DNA of 64,000 bases from Malacoraja senta (taxonomy: Eukaryota), in NCBI GenBank assembly GCA_038087875.1, contig CM075988.1:13144001-13208000 (forward strand). Reading direction: 5' to 3'. A program made the translations under genes and the position numbers. Shown here one piece after another: positions 1 to 12,299 of the stretch (positions are counted from its first letter, which is position 1; each line of letters opens with the position of its first letter). The notes under the pieces are model-generated. The model was not told where the DNA came from and did no database searches. It saw only the letters and a list, made by a program, of their open reading frames with translations.

Positions 1-2009
1 AATGGTGGCATTGTCATGAGGAGACATTAAGCAAACTGGGCCTATACCTATTATATTATATGTTGTACATGGTGATTGCATTGAGGCATTAAAAGTTATT
101 ATCATGGGAAAGTGAGGATGATGTTTCCCAAGAAGAGCATGTTCGGAATCAGCATTTTCAGTTTCACAATAAGGAGGTCACCATTCTGGACAGGAAGGAG
201 AACAAATTCCTCCACCTTGAGGATAGAGGTCTTTGGAATTCTTACCTGGGTGGAGGCTCAGTCAGTTGAGAGAGAGATGGGGAGATTTTTGTGGATTATA
301 AGGGATATGCAGGAAAGTTGTATTGAGATAAAAGATCAAGTCAATGATCTTATTGAAGAGTTGAACAGGTGCAAGGGACCAATGGCCTGCATGTGTTCTT
401 GTGTGATGTGCAGCTTGAATGTGAATGTTTGCAACTTTTGGTACATTTTCTGAATTCCATCTGCTGTCCATCATCAAGATCGTAAAAAAAATACTCGCTA
501 TCTGCACCTGCCGCTGCTGACCTTAGCCCGTGACCTGACAAATCTCTCATCTGAATCATTTTTACTTTCAGATGGGGCTGTTGCAATGCTCTCTCTCCAG
601 CCCCATAGGCTTCTCTCACCTGTGATTCAGCCAAACCATGGTGTTAAGCATTTTGTCTTACACTAAACCTTATTCCCTTTATTGTGTATCTATACACTGT
701 GGATGGCTTGATAGTAATCATGTATTGTCTTTCTGCTCACTAGTTAGCTTTTCACTGTACCCTGAGTCGGAGTTTCAAAATTCCTCAAATCCACACTGCA
801 GATATCTCCTTGTTGTTGTAAACTTGCTTCCTACTTAATGCATATTATTGGAGAAAAAATGTTCATCCATCATTTATATAAAAAGGATAAACGGCTATTT
901 TAAGGCTTACCTCCATTTGCACAAGCAGTCCCGATCTATACAATAAAAAGAATTATACATTATTAGGGAAATTCTCCCATACGTGTTATTTTTTTCATCT
1001 GGAATCCGACTTTCATAATATAGAAAATTTGTTTTTATTCAATGCTTTGACACATTTGTTGATAGTCATAAAACATGGAAACATGCTCTTCAGCCCAACC
1101 TATCAATGCTGACCTAGATGTCCCATCAAGGTAGTCCCAATTGCCTGGCCCAGATTCCTCTAAACGTTTCCATCCTATGTACCTGTTCAAATGTTTTTGA
1201 AATGTTGCTATAAAATGCGTTTGGACAAGTACATGTGTGGTGATTTTTGTTTAAATTGATGCAATAACACCCCAGAATCTTTCACCTCCACAATCGTTCT
1301 GACTGCTGCTATTTGTATAACCTTGCTGATTGTTCCAAATTTTCAACAGGGAAATTCCATTTAAGAATCCTTCGTCTTAGCGATTTTTCAATGTCAAAAA
1401 GGAAAATATTAACTAAAGGTGAGAAAGTTAGGCATGATTTCACATGGGATATTTTGTAGCTCTTTGTGACTGGAGTGACCTGTTTAGAACTGGACATACC
1501 TTTACAACAGACATCGATATTAACTATTGTGTGCACCGTGACTACACTGTAAGATTCCCATGTTACCTTGCCCTTCAAAATCATTACTTGTCAATTTTTA
1601 TCCACTATTAAATTCCTTATTCCCATGAAAGATCAGCTTGTTGATAATATTTCAATTTCCTTTTTTCAATCATAATTTTCTAGTTTAACACTCTGCATTT
1701 CAAAAATCAGCCCATTATCTGCAACTTTCTGCATCATTTATATTTAAGTTTACCATCAACCTTTCAAATTATCATTTAATTTGACAACTGTTCTACACTG
1801 TGTAGAATGCTCATCCATCATTTTTGTCGGACCATCTCTCTGATTATTGCATGTTGCCACACTCTATTCAACTGTAATAATGGAGCTGACCATCGTAGGA
1901 ATACTTTATTCCATAGGTATCGTACCTTGAATTATTTTGTCATTCAAATTATTTTACTTCAATAAATAATCACATCAAGTGGGGAATGTTTAGGAAAGAA
2001 CTGCAGATA

Positions 2010-2192
2010 CTGGTTCAAATCGAAGGTCGACACAAATTGCTGGAGTAACTCAGCGGGACAGGCAGCATCTCTGGAGACATAAAATGCTGATGGACTGTCT
2101 GAAGAAGGGTCTCGACCCGAAACGTCACCCATTCCTTCTCTCCAGAGATGTTGCCTGTCCCGCCGAGTTACTCCAACATTTTGTGTCTACCT
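2010..2192 (+). mobile_element. Penelope-derived palindromic element with hammerhead-ribozyme-like core (2099-2126)
   Basis: Arms gacacaaattgctggagtaactcagcgggacaggcagcatctctggaga and tctccagagatgttgcctgtcccgccgagttactccaacattttgtgtc flank CTGAAGA-AGGGTCTCGACCC-GAAACGTC. Related copies lie near 5425, 9700, 16925, 25290, 27530, 46030, 46985, 49790 and 57200. Confidence 0.6.
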
Positions 2193-2246
2193 ACGTGGTG
2201 AATGTTAACAGCTATTAAAACTTCTGCTTCACATTTGTTTGTTTAC

Positions 2247-2336
2247 CAGTTAATTTGCCTTTCCTGCAGCAGAGCAGTAACAAAATCACAGTCGTCACGA
2301 AGATTGGCACCGTTACAAATCGGACAGGGAAATGAC
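2247..2336 (-). CDS. Ig receptor gene B, transmembrane exon with TM-proximal Arg
   Basis: Acceptor ttgttgtcttacag, donor G|gtaaac, 90 nt, phase 1-1. GHFPVRFVTVPIFVTTVILLLLCCRKGKLT: hydrophobic helix followed by a basic stop-transfer segment, similar to the gene A TM. Confidence 0.75.
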
Positions 2337-2366
2337 CTGTAAGACAACAAAAAATTGGGTTTCTTA

Positions 2367-2546
2367 TAGGCCTGTCTCACTTACGCGATTTTTTGGATGA
2401 CTGACGGCACCCGTCATGTTGAAAATCCAGCGGCGACCAGAAAAAGATACGACTCTTCGCGCGACTACTCACGACCATACAGGCGTCACCCTGCGACATG
2501 TGGTGCCGGCAGTCGCCGAAAAATTCGTGTAAGTGGGACAGGCCTA
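2367..2546. mobile_element. PIF/Harbinger-type MITE
   Basis: TIR TAGGCCTGT(C/T)CCACTTAC...GTAAGTGGGACAGGCCTA, TTA on both flanks. Confidence 0.8.
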
Positions 2547-2999
2547 TTATGGTTTGCTTCAGTATAAAAGAACGCTGGCAAATATCAGTTAAATTGCCTT
2601 CCTTGTGTATTGATTCAGTGCAGTATCGATATCATGAATTGCAAATTCATCTCTCATTAATGCTGCTGTAGATTCTCCATGCCATTATTTGTGAGATAGG
2701 ATTGTACCAGCCCATCTAGGTTTAGATTTCTCATTACCATGTTTACCAAGGTACAGTGAAAAGCTTTGTTTTGGATGATATCAAAACAGATCAGATATGC
2801 TGCATATAAATACAATCACATCAAACTCAAGTACAATAAATAAAGCAAAGGAAAAGATGCAAAGTGCAGAATATAGTTCTCAGCATTGTAGCACATCAGT
2901 TTCATAGACAAAGCCCATGATAGTAAGTTTGCAGATGATATCAAGATTGCTGGGGTCACGGACTGTGAAGAAGGCTGCCAAAGTTTACATTATTTTGGC

Positions 3000-3515
3000 T
3001 GTTTTTCTGAGACAGAGTGAAGTGTAGATGGAATCAATAGTGGGAAGTCTGGTCTGTATGATGGTCTGGGCTACATCTACTATTCTCTGCAATTTCTTAT
3101 GACCTTGGCAGGACTGCTCCCAAACCAAGATGTGTTGCTTCACTTCATTGATGGTGATTTGGGCATGTTTTGCACCACACTTTCAGACATTGGTAACTAG
3201 CTCGCTCATCTTGCGAACATTGAGGGAGAGGTTATTGTCAATATGTATAGACTTCTGTCCATATTGTCCTAACACCATTTTACTAAGTACTTTATCTCCT
3301 TCCTTTCTTGTCATTGTTCATGATCCAGCCCACCACACTGGTGTCATCTACAAATTTGTGGATGGACTTCGAACTGAATTTGGCTGTACAGTCTTTAGTG
3401 TATCGGGAGTACAGTAAGGGACTGAGAAAGCATCCTTGCAGGGCACTGATATTGACAATTATTTTGGAGGAGATGTTGTCAGATTGTAGTCTAGGCATCA
3501 GAAAATCAAGACATT
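3000..3515 (-). mobile_element. Rex1/Babar LINE RT fragment
   Basis: Minus-strand ORF SALQGCFLSPLLYSRYTKDC...IHKFVDDTSVVGWI, homologous to the 61551-62030 RT. Confidence 0.8.
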
Positions 3516-3519
3516 GAGG

Positions 3520-3905
3520 AATTTTTGCGCTGTCAATAATTGTGGAAATCAGGGTAGCCGTGAGACACATTTATCCTACTTCAGAATTCCAAAAGTGAAG
3601 AGAAATGATGGTAGAGAGAGGCGACAGCTGAAGGGACAACAACAGCTAAAGTGGTTGGCGAACATTGGCTGTGCAGATATCAAGATTGAAAATATTGGGA
3701 ATTATCACGTTTGCTCACTGCATTTCATCAACAGTAAGGCATTATTTGTGTTTTTTCTTGATTCCTTTGGTATCCAAAAAGTTTCAGAAGTGATAAATCT
3801 GACTGTAAAATTTTATAATCACCCATGGTTCTCAAGTGGGTCTTTACATGCAAAAGGAAAACGCCCATTTAATGAAATGAAGCCATTTTTAATTATTTGG
3901 AATAT
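3520..3905 (+). mobile_element. THAP-domain transposon fragment (same family as 43255-45200)
   Basis: NFCAVNNCGN...FRIPK...KWLANI...VCSLHFIN is a C2CH THAP signature, followed by a gtaagg donor. Nucleotide similarity to 43405-43620. Confidence 0.75.
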
Positions 3906-4654
3906 TGAATGGAGATGCATGAATTGGGGTATAAAGTATTCATTAGATAACTGAATATAAAAGTAACCTAAACAAGTATTGAACTATAGGGCAATCTGAA
4001 TATTTGAGAGAGTTGTATTTTAACAATTGTAAAACAAACAAATACTTGGCACAAGCTTGGCACAAATGGAGTAGATACTAACAGTGAAAGAAACACAAAA
4101 TTAAAATCAGTGATGGTGTTCATACCTAACCAATTTGTTACATTAAAGCTGCAGATGCTGGAAATCTGAATTGAAACGGAAAATATTGCAGACTATCAGT
4201 TGAACAGGCAGAATTTGTGAGAAAAAGAAACATTAACTGTTTCTCTTACCAGAGATGTAAGCTGTTTTGCCGAGTGTCTCTACCTTTCTCTGCCTTTACT
4301 TTATGATCTTTTACCTTGGCTGCATAACTCCATATCCACGAGCAGTAGCTCTACTCAACAGCCAAAAGTCTGTAGCCTCCTTTTGCTCTGATATTTTATT
4401 TCATTCCTCACATGTTTAAATTATAATGTTTTATTTTTAATTGTCTACTATATATCGTGTTGTTACTTGCGAGCAAAGAACCAAGGCAAATTCCTTGTAT
4501 GTATATATACTTGGCTAATAAAATGTATTCAATTCAATCACAGACTACAGTTAACAAAAATATCGCAATCAACAGGGCTGAATTACTTCTCATTGTTCTT
4601 GGTTAAATCACACTACAATTAATTAGCCTGGTTTCCAATGGGGTGTGATTCAGA

Positions 4655-5010
4655 GAAACATAGAAACGTAGAAAATAGGTGCAGGAATAGGCCATTCAGC
4701 CCTTCGAGCCTGCACCGCCATTCAATATGATCATGGCTGATCATCCAACTCAGTATCCCTTACCTGCCTTCTCTCCATACCCCCTGATCCATTTAGCCAC
4801 AAGGGCCACATCTAACTCCCTCTTAAATATAGCCAATGAACAGGCCTCAACTACATTCTGTGGCAGAGAATTCCAGAGATTCACCACTCTCTGTGTAAAA
4901 AATGTTTTTCTTATCTCAGTCCTAAAAGATTTCCCCTTTATCCTTAAACTGTGACCCCTTGTTCTGGACTTCCCCAACATCGGGAACAATGTTCCTGCAT
5001 CTAGCCTGTC
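4655..5010 (-). mobile_element. CR1 LINE 3' fragment
   Basis: RTRGHSLRIKGKSFRTEIRKTFFTQRVVNLWNSLP, with a (gaaacata)n-type tail. Confidence 0.9.
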
Positions 5011-5133
5011 CAGGAAGATTGTTATTCTTATTAGTGTATATCGCTGTTTCTGAATGTGGTATGATATGCAAATAAAATTAATCTGCACACATTATAGAAA
5101 TTGAATTTATACAGAATTATATAATTATTTTTG

Positions 5134-5366
5134 CATAAATCTGTATTTGTGTTCCATCGCTCTTTTTACATGATGGAGTGAACACACCTGGTATCTTCAC
5201 CTTGAGTGTAGTTATAATAGAGTGACAAACAGAACATTTTGTTCAGTGATACTGTGCAGAGTGATTTGTTCATTTGGTAAGTAGCATCAGGCCCCTCCCG
5301 GTGATGTCTGATACCAGGAAACATGGAGCCAGGCATCCACACTTCCATATGTAAATGCACAACTTA
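5134..5366 (-). pseudogene. Decayed third V-exon copy downstream of the gene B V exon
   Basis: Frame-hopping translation SCAFTYGSVDAWLHVSWYQTSPG/PDATYQMNKSLC-TVSL...YNYT/VKIPGVFTP...DGTQIQIY. It has frameshifts, a deletion between the two extra Cys codons, and its donor GT is replaced by CA. Confidence 0.8.
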
Positions 5367-5779
5367 TCACAAACTAATTGGGTAAAAAGCAAAGCTCAAT
5401 ACTCAGCCCGGATGTGCTTCTTTGAAACAAGGAACTGCAGATCCTGTTTAACAATAGATACAGAGAGTTGGAGTAATTAACAGGTCAGGTAGCATCTCAG
5501 GGTCTGAAAAAGGGTCCCGATTGCAAATGTCCATGTTCTCCAGAGATGCTGCCTGACCCGCTGAGTTACTCAAACACTCTGTGTGTACTGAAGTACCTCT
5601 TATTCATTTCGACTGAAACAAAATTTGTTTCTTCATCTGATTTCTAATTGGTTGTGCTTGATATTTATACTAACCTATCTGTAAATGTCTTGGTACAAAT
5701 GGCAACGCGTTTAACATTATCAATTTAATAATCATAAAGTGCAAAAAGTGGAGTCCCCATACTTTCGCAAATACTTTAC

Positions 5780-6127
5780 CATAAACCTGTATTTGTGTTC
5801 CTTGGCCCTTTTCATAAATTGGAGGGAAGACATTTGGTACTTTCACCGCACAAGTGTAGTTGTAAACAGTGTGACCAAACGATACATTTTCAATCTTCAG
5901 TGAGACCGTACAGTGTTTGAAACCATCCCAGAGGGGGTGAGGAATGCAGAGCAAGTTGGTCATTTTGTAATTAACATCAGGCTCTCCTGGTGATGTCCGA
6001 TACCAGTAAACGCGGAGCCAGGCATTCACTGTTCCATTATAAATAAATGTACAGTTTAACGTGACGGACGCGCCTCTCCGCACACTGACCAGACGTGGCT
6101 GGGCCAACTCTGTGATGAGCGGAACTC
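5780..6127 (-). CDS. Ig receptor gene B, VJ-type V-set Ig exon (paralogue of 46440-46787)
   Basis: Acceptor ttttccatcag, donor G|gtaaag, 348 nt, open. GVPLITELAQPRLVSV...TLNC...YWYR...YTCAVKVPNVFPPIYEKGQGTQIQVY. 39 nt differences from the gene A V exon by hand alignment (~89% nt, ~74% aa identity). Confidence 0.88.
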
Positions 6128-6902
6128 CTGATGGAAAATAAATTAATTTGTTATTTTTACTTCTATTAATATTCCAACATATACTCGCTTTAAACTACGC
6201 TGAAATGGGGAACAAAAACAGAATGCTGGAAGGTCTCTGTGGGTCAAGCAGCATCTCTGGAGGCAAAAGGTATAATATGATGTTTCAAGTGAGACCTTGC
6301 AATAGGACTGAGGGGGGGAACAAAAGATAGCAAGTATATAACAGGATGGAGGAAGATGGGATAGGGCTAGTCAGAGATAGGTGGTACAATGGGCAAAGGG
6401 GTGGATGATGAGGAGATCAAACCAGATAGGGGAGGAGGTCTGAATTGAAGATTGGATTTCCATTGTATCAATTATTTTTCTTAAATAATATTTGCCTTTT
6501 TCAGATTTAATTGTAAATATAAATGTTATGTTGGTTTGTGATGCAATGTTCTGCCTGAATTTGTTTCATTTGCAGACACCATCAGTTGTATCCGAATGTT
6601 GCCATTATGATACTTGGCTGATAATAACTTCAAGTTGTGAAGTGACTGCTAAAATCATAAGCAATAGCAGATTAAGGCCAGTCAGCCCATCACTGCCATT
6701 CAATCATGGCTGATCTATCTCTCCCCTTCAACCCCTTTCTCGTGCCTTCTCCTTATAACGCCTGACACACATTTTAATCAAGAATCTGTCAATCTCCTCC
6801 TTAAAAATATCTACTTTTATTGTATCTTTTAATAAATGCCATAATTATTTTTGAAAAAATGTACATTGCAACTTAAAATATCTAATCATTGTACTATCTT
6901 GT

Positions 6903-6958
6903 AGCAGGAGTTGAATCCTTCTCTGGTTCTGAATGTCCCTGATGCTAATTAAACTCTC
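6903..6958 (-). pseudogene. Damaged leader-exon homologue of gene B (ATG>ATT, 3' half and donor not found)
   Basis: The minus strand reads gagagtttaa...cagggacattcagaaccagagaaggATTcaactcctg, versus gene A gagagtttaa...cagggacggtcagaaccaggcaaagATGcaactcctc. Homology stops after about 4 codons. Confidence 0.65.
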
Positions 6959-7075
6959 AGCCTATCCCCTGCTCCAAGAGAACTTTGCATGACTTTGCTG
7001 AAAAACATCACCTATTCCTTCTCTCCAGAGATGCTGCCTGTCCCACTGAGTTACTCCAGCATTTTGTGTCCATCT

Positions 7076-8647
7076 TGTGGCGCCACCCCGGTGGTCAGGC
7101 CACTTACGATGCGAACCCTTGGCAGTCGAGGGTAGGGTCACGTGACTGGGTAATGGCGGGAAGGAGTTGTCACGAGGTTATGGGGTGTGCCCTAGTATAA
7201 GTATTCAGCCCCGGGTCAGCCTTCCCCCATTCGCGTGTGTGTTGTTCTCTTTACTTCACCAATAATGATCTCTTTGATTCACTCACTTAATCGCCCGCCA
7301 TATTGGTGACCCCGACGATCCAAAACGGTCATTTTTGCAGCCAACGATGAACCTCAACAGCCCGAGGTTGCTGACAATCCAGAACACTGTCTCCCTGAAG
7401 TTGCCCGAGTTCTGGACATCGCAGCCCCAGGTGTGGTTCCAACAGGCCGAGGCCCAGTTCCACGTTTGACGCATCACGGCTGATGACACCCGGTACTACT
7501 ATGAGGTTGGTGCATTGGATCAGGAGATGGCCGGTCGCCTGGTCCCTTACCTACGCTCGCCGCCGGATCAGGACAAATACGAGGGCCTTAAAGCGCTGCT
7601 CTTGCGGATCTTTGGGCTCAGACACCGGGACCACGCAGCGCGGCTCCTGCACATGGGCAGCCTCAGCGATCGCAAACTGTCGGAGATGATGAGCGAGATG
7701 CTCACCCTAATGACGGTCATCGGCCCTGCCTACACTTTGACGACGCCTTCCTGGAACAGATGCCGGACGACATCCGCCTGTTGCTCGCCGGTGAGGATTT
7801 CGCAGACCCCCTACAGCTAGCGGAGTGTGCGAACGAGCTGTGGCAAGACAAGCAGCAGGGCGGTGGCTCGATAGATCAAGTATAGGCGGTGCCTTGGCGG
7901 TCCCAGAAACCAGGCCCTGCGTCCACCGGGAGTTCGGCCGCGCTGCCCGTCCAGAAAGACCCCGGTAAGGGGAAGCGCTGGGGCCCGCAGCCCGTCAGTG
8001 CCGCCCACCCTGCTCGTATCCAGGAAATGCCAGGACTGGCCGCCAGTAGTCGCTGCAGTAGTCGGCCTGAAACATCGCCTCTACATGTGGGATCAACACT
8101 CGGGATGATGGTTCCTGGTTGATACGGGCGCGGAGCTTAGCGTTTTACCCGACGGGGGTGGACACTCGTTCTGGCAAGCAGGGGCCTTCTCTGACTGCAG
8201 TCAATGGCAGCTCTATACGGACGTATGGAGTTTGCACAATCCCGCTCATCTTTGGCCTCTGCTATTTCACCTGGACCTTTACGGTGGCCGACGTTTCCCA
8301 GCCATTGCTGAGCACAGATTTCCTCCGGGCGCAATCCCTGTTGGTGGATGTGCCTCGTTCGTCTATCCTTTCGGTTTTGTGCCTCCGGTTCTGGGGGGGG
8401 GGGGGTGGTCCTGTGGCGCCACCCGGTGGTTAGGCCACTTACTATGTGAACACTCTGCAGTCGGGGGCAGAGTCACATGACTGGGTAATGGCGGGAAGGA
8501 GTTGTCACGAGGTTTAGGGGTGTGCCCTAGTATATGTATTCAGCCCCGGGTCAGCCTTCCCCCATTCGCGTGTGTGGTGTTCTCTTTACTTCAGCAATAA
8601 AGATCTATTTGATTTACCATGCATGGCTTGCTTATTCGCCCGCCATA
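7076..8647 (+). mobile_element. Internally deleted Gypsy LTR retrotransposon (LTR-PBS-gag-protease-PPT-LTR)
   Basis: LTRs 7076-7302 and 8412-8647 (TG...CCATA), ATCT TSD on both sides, PBS TGGTGACCCCGAC, gag SLKLPEFWTSQPQVWFQQAEAQF, protease WFLVDTGAELSVLP, G-tract PPT. No RT or IN. Nested in a Penelope hairpin that has an ACTTTGCATGA TSD (6982-6992, 8691-8701). Confidence 0.92.
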
Positions 8648-8914
8648 ATCTTCGGTTTGAACCAGCATCTGCAGTTCCTGCCTATAACGGACTTTGCATG
8701 ATTATGGGTGATTTTATTACATGATCCACTTTGATTATCAGTTCAATCACTAATAATTTATGGTACATTTATTTTTTGTTATTGCATTTAATGTACCTGT
8801 TGAGCACAGCAAGTAAAAATGTCATTGTTCCATTCATAAATTGTTGCAAATAAATGCTCTTGAGAATAACTGGGTCAGCTTCCATCACTTTTGAGTAATA
8901 TGCATTTGGTAATA

Positions 8915-9050
8915 TGTTGCTGTTCTCTACACAGCTCCAGTGACCTGGGTTCAATCCCAGCCTCTGAGTCTGGAATTTGCATGTTCTCCCTATGACCTAA
9001 TGGGTTCCATCTGGGCACTTTAGTCTCCTCCCATGCCTTAAAAAAATATG
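8915..9050 (+). mobile_element. tRNA-derived SINE fragment
   Basis: B-box-like gggttcaatcc followed by the conserved gtttgcatgttctcc-type SINE core. Confidence 0.55.
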
Positions 9051-10709
9051 AAGGTTGGTAGAAGGAATTCAAAAAAATTTAAGTTCTTGAAAATCAGAAA
9101 TAAAAAGTCATTGAAAAACTTAGCAGGTCAGGCAGCATCAGTGAAAAGAAAGTCAATGTTTCATTGGAATCTTTTTGCAATTTTGATAAAAGAGTTGCCG
9201 ACCCAAAACATTGACCATTTCACTTTCCATGGATCCAGCCTGACTCACTGGGCTTCTTTTTGTTTTTTATATTCGTGCAGATTACTTGGTTAAATGGTCA
9301 CAGGATATAGATCTGTGGTAGATGATTCCACCACTAATCCACACCTTGCCCCCACCCCAGGGTGTAGATGAATGGTAGAATATAGAATGGGGACTGGGTA
9401 GTTGATGTGGCAAATAAAGTGGTTTACAGGAGGATCATTTTAGGAATGGGAGCCTTATTATTGGGGTGGATGCGTTGAAATGAAGGGTTTGTATCCATGT
9501 TGTTTCACTCAACAGTACAAGAAGTAAAACTCACCTCTGATTCAGATACATTTTCTGAAATCTACTTCTTCAGGGAAAGCCACTTTCTTCTTCCTTGTGG
9601 AAGACGGCACACAGCTCCGTGGAGAACTGAACAATCAGAAATGAACCTGTAGTCATTTGTATTGGGTAGAAGGCAAGCTAGATAGACTTTAGGTGTGTCG
9701 GAAAGAACTGCAGATGCTGGTTTAAATCGAAGGTGGACACAAAATGCTGGAGTAACTCAGCGAGACAGATCTTTGGAGAGAAAGAATGTGTGACTGTTTT
9801 GGGTCGAGCCCCTTCTTCAGATACCACTTAGACATTTCCTGTGCTGGTTTTTGAGGCAGTCAGTTATTGGTGAATGGTTTTTGCAAGTTCTCAATATCGC
9901 AGTGAAATTGTTTAAAATTTATAATGTTTTGTTTAAAAATGCATTCCATAGAAATGCATCATAATAGCTCACTAATTTAATTATTAATATACTAATTAAT
10001 ATACTAATTTTCCACTTAATCTGTAAAATCTGTAAACCACTCACAATTTTTGAACAGCTCATGTTTTAGCTTTCTCTGCTCAAAGCAGAATAATCTTAAT
10101 GTTTTTAATTAAATTTGAATCTTTAATTAATTCTGAGGTTCAACCAAGTAAATAAAATCCCACTTCCAAATTTTCCATTAAAATACAGACATTTTGCATT
10201 GTAAACACCCTCAGTCATGCAGCCACAGCCAATGAACTTACAAAATGGCAACCTTCCTTCTCCAGCTGTTCTGACATGATGCCTCAGCCAAGATAGAGGC
10301 AAGCTGCTCAGATCCCTGCTCCGGAGATCTAAGCTGCTTCTAGCCATTAGCTTCTGAAAATCTCCCCACAGACTGACCAACTAATCACACCACTAACACT
10401 TTGGCTTTTGTTAAATTTTTGTGATCATTTCAATCTATGAGCTGATTCCATAATACACAAGCTGAAAGAAGGATATTAACCAAGACACTGACCTGTTGAG
10501 TATCTCTGCTCCAGTAGGAACACCATCAGTTGCAATAAAGTGTTTCCTGCCAACATTCCCTTAATTTGGTACATTTCTTTCAAACTTCACAATATCCAAC
10601 TGTCACAGAATTCTCTTGTGCATTATATTCTCTCGTGATCAGTTCAGTTTCATCGCGGTCACAGTGGTTGAAGAGACACATCTGACCACGTACAATTAGA
10701 GAGGATGTA

Positions 10710-12299
10710 CAGTGCATTCGGAAAGTATTCGGAACCCTTCACTTTTTCCACATCTTATTACGTTACAGCCTTATTCTAAAATGGATTAAATTCTTTTTTT
10801 TTCATCAATCTCTACCATCAATTTATTATCAATAAAAAAGTGAAAACAGGTGTTTAGAAATGTTTCCATGGAATTTAAAAGAAATAACTGAAACATCTCA
10901 TTTACGTAAGTATTCAGACCCTTTACTCAGTATTTTGTTGAGGCACCTTTGGCAGCGATTACAGCCTCAAGTCTTTTTGGGTATGATGCTACAAGCTTGG
11001 CACACCTGTATTTTGGTAATTTCTCCCATTCTTCTCTGCAGATCCTCTCAAGCTCTGTCAGGTTAGATGGGGTACGTCAATGCACAGCTATTTTCAGGTC
11101 CCTCCAGAGATGTTCGATCGGGTTCAAGTTTGGGCTCTGGCTGGGCCACTCAAGGACATTCACAGACTTGTCATGAAGCCACTCCTACGTTGTCTTGGCT
11201 GTCTGCTTAGGGTCGTTGTGAATCTCCGTCACAGTCTGTGGTCCAGAACACTCTGCAGCAGGTTTTCATCAAGGATCTCTCCGTTCATCTTTCCCTCGAT
11301 CCTGACTAGTCTCGCAGTTCCTGCCGCTGAAAAACATCCCCAAAGCATGGTGCTGCCACCACCATGCTTCACCGTAGGTATGGCATTGACCAGGTGATGA
11401 GCGGTGCCTGGTTTCCCCCAGTCGTGATGCTTGGCATTCAGGCCAAATTGTTCAATCTTGGTTTCATCAGACCAGAGAATCTTGTTTCTCATGCCTTATG
11501 GCAAACTCCAAGTGGGCTGTCATGTGCCTTTTACCAAGGAGTGGCTTCCGTTTGGCCAGTCTACCATAAAGGCCTGATTGGTGGAGTGCTGCAGATGTAG
11601 TTGTCCTTCTGGAAGATTCTCCCTTCTCCACTGAGGAACTCTAGAGCTCTGTCAGAATGACCATCGGGTTCTTGGTCTCCACCATGACCAAGGCCCTTCT
11701 CCCCCGATTGGTCAGTTTGGCTGGGCAGCCAGCTCTATGGAGTCCTGGTGGTTCTAAAGTTCTTCCATTTAAGAATGACGGAGGCCACTGTGCTCTTCGG
11801 GACCTGCAATTCTGCAAAAATTGTTTTATACCCTTTCCCAGATCTGTGTCTCAATACAATCCTGTCTTGGAGGTCCACGGACAATTCCTTTGTCTTCATG
11901 GCTTGGTTTTTACTCTGACATGCGCTGTCAAATGTGGGACCTTATATAGACAGGTGTGTGCCTTTCCAAATCATATCCAATCTATTTAATTTACCAGTGG
12001 TGAACTCCAATCAAGTTGTAGAAACATCTCAGGGATAATCAATGCAAACAGGATGAACCTAAGCTCAATTTTGAGTGTCACAGCAAAAGGTCTGACTACT
12101 AATGTAAATGTGATATTTCAGTTATTTCTTTTTAATTACTCTGCAAAGATTTCTAAACGCCTATTTTTGCTTCTTCATTCCTGGTTATTGTGTGTAGATT
12201 GATGATAAAAAAAAAGAATTTAATCCATTTGAAAATATGGCTGTAATGTAACAAAATGTTTATAACGTGCAGGGGTCTGAATACTTTTTGAATGCACTG
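10710..12299 (-). mobile_element. Tc1/mariner DNA transposon with decayed transposase
   Basis: TIR CAGTGCATTCGGAAAGTATTC...GAATACTTTTTGAATGCACTG, TA flanks, minus-strand [10 protein letters not shown]...[19 protein letters not shown]. Confidence 0.93.

Noticed and set aside
112-453. 113-aa plus-strand ORF
   Set aside because: GTG start, no recognisable domain or splice context, and it overlaps equally long minus-strand ORFs.
2600-2720. Relic of an I-set exon in gene B
   Set aside because: Only short scattered matches to gene A exon 4 (aatcc, gcatggaga). Not distinguishable from chance by eye.
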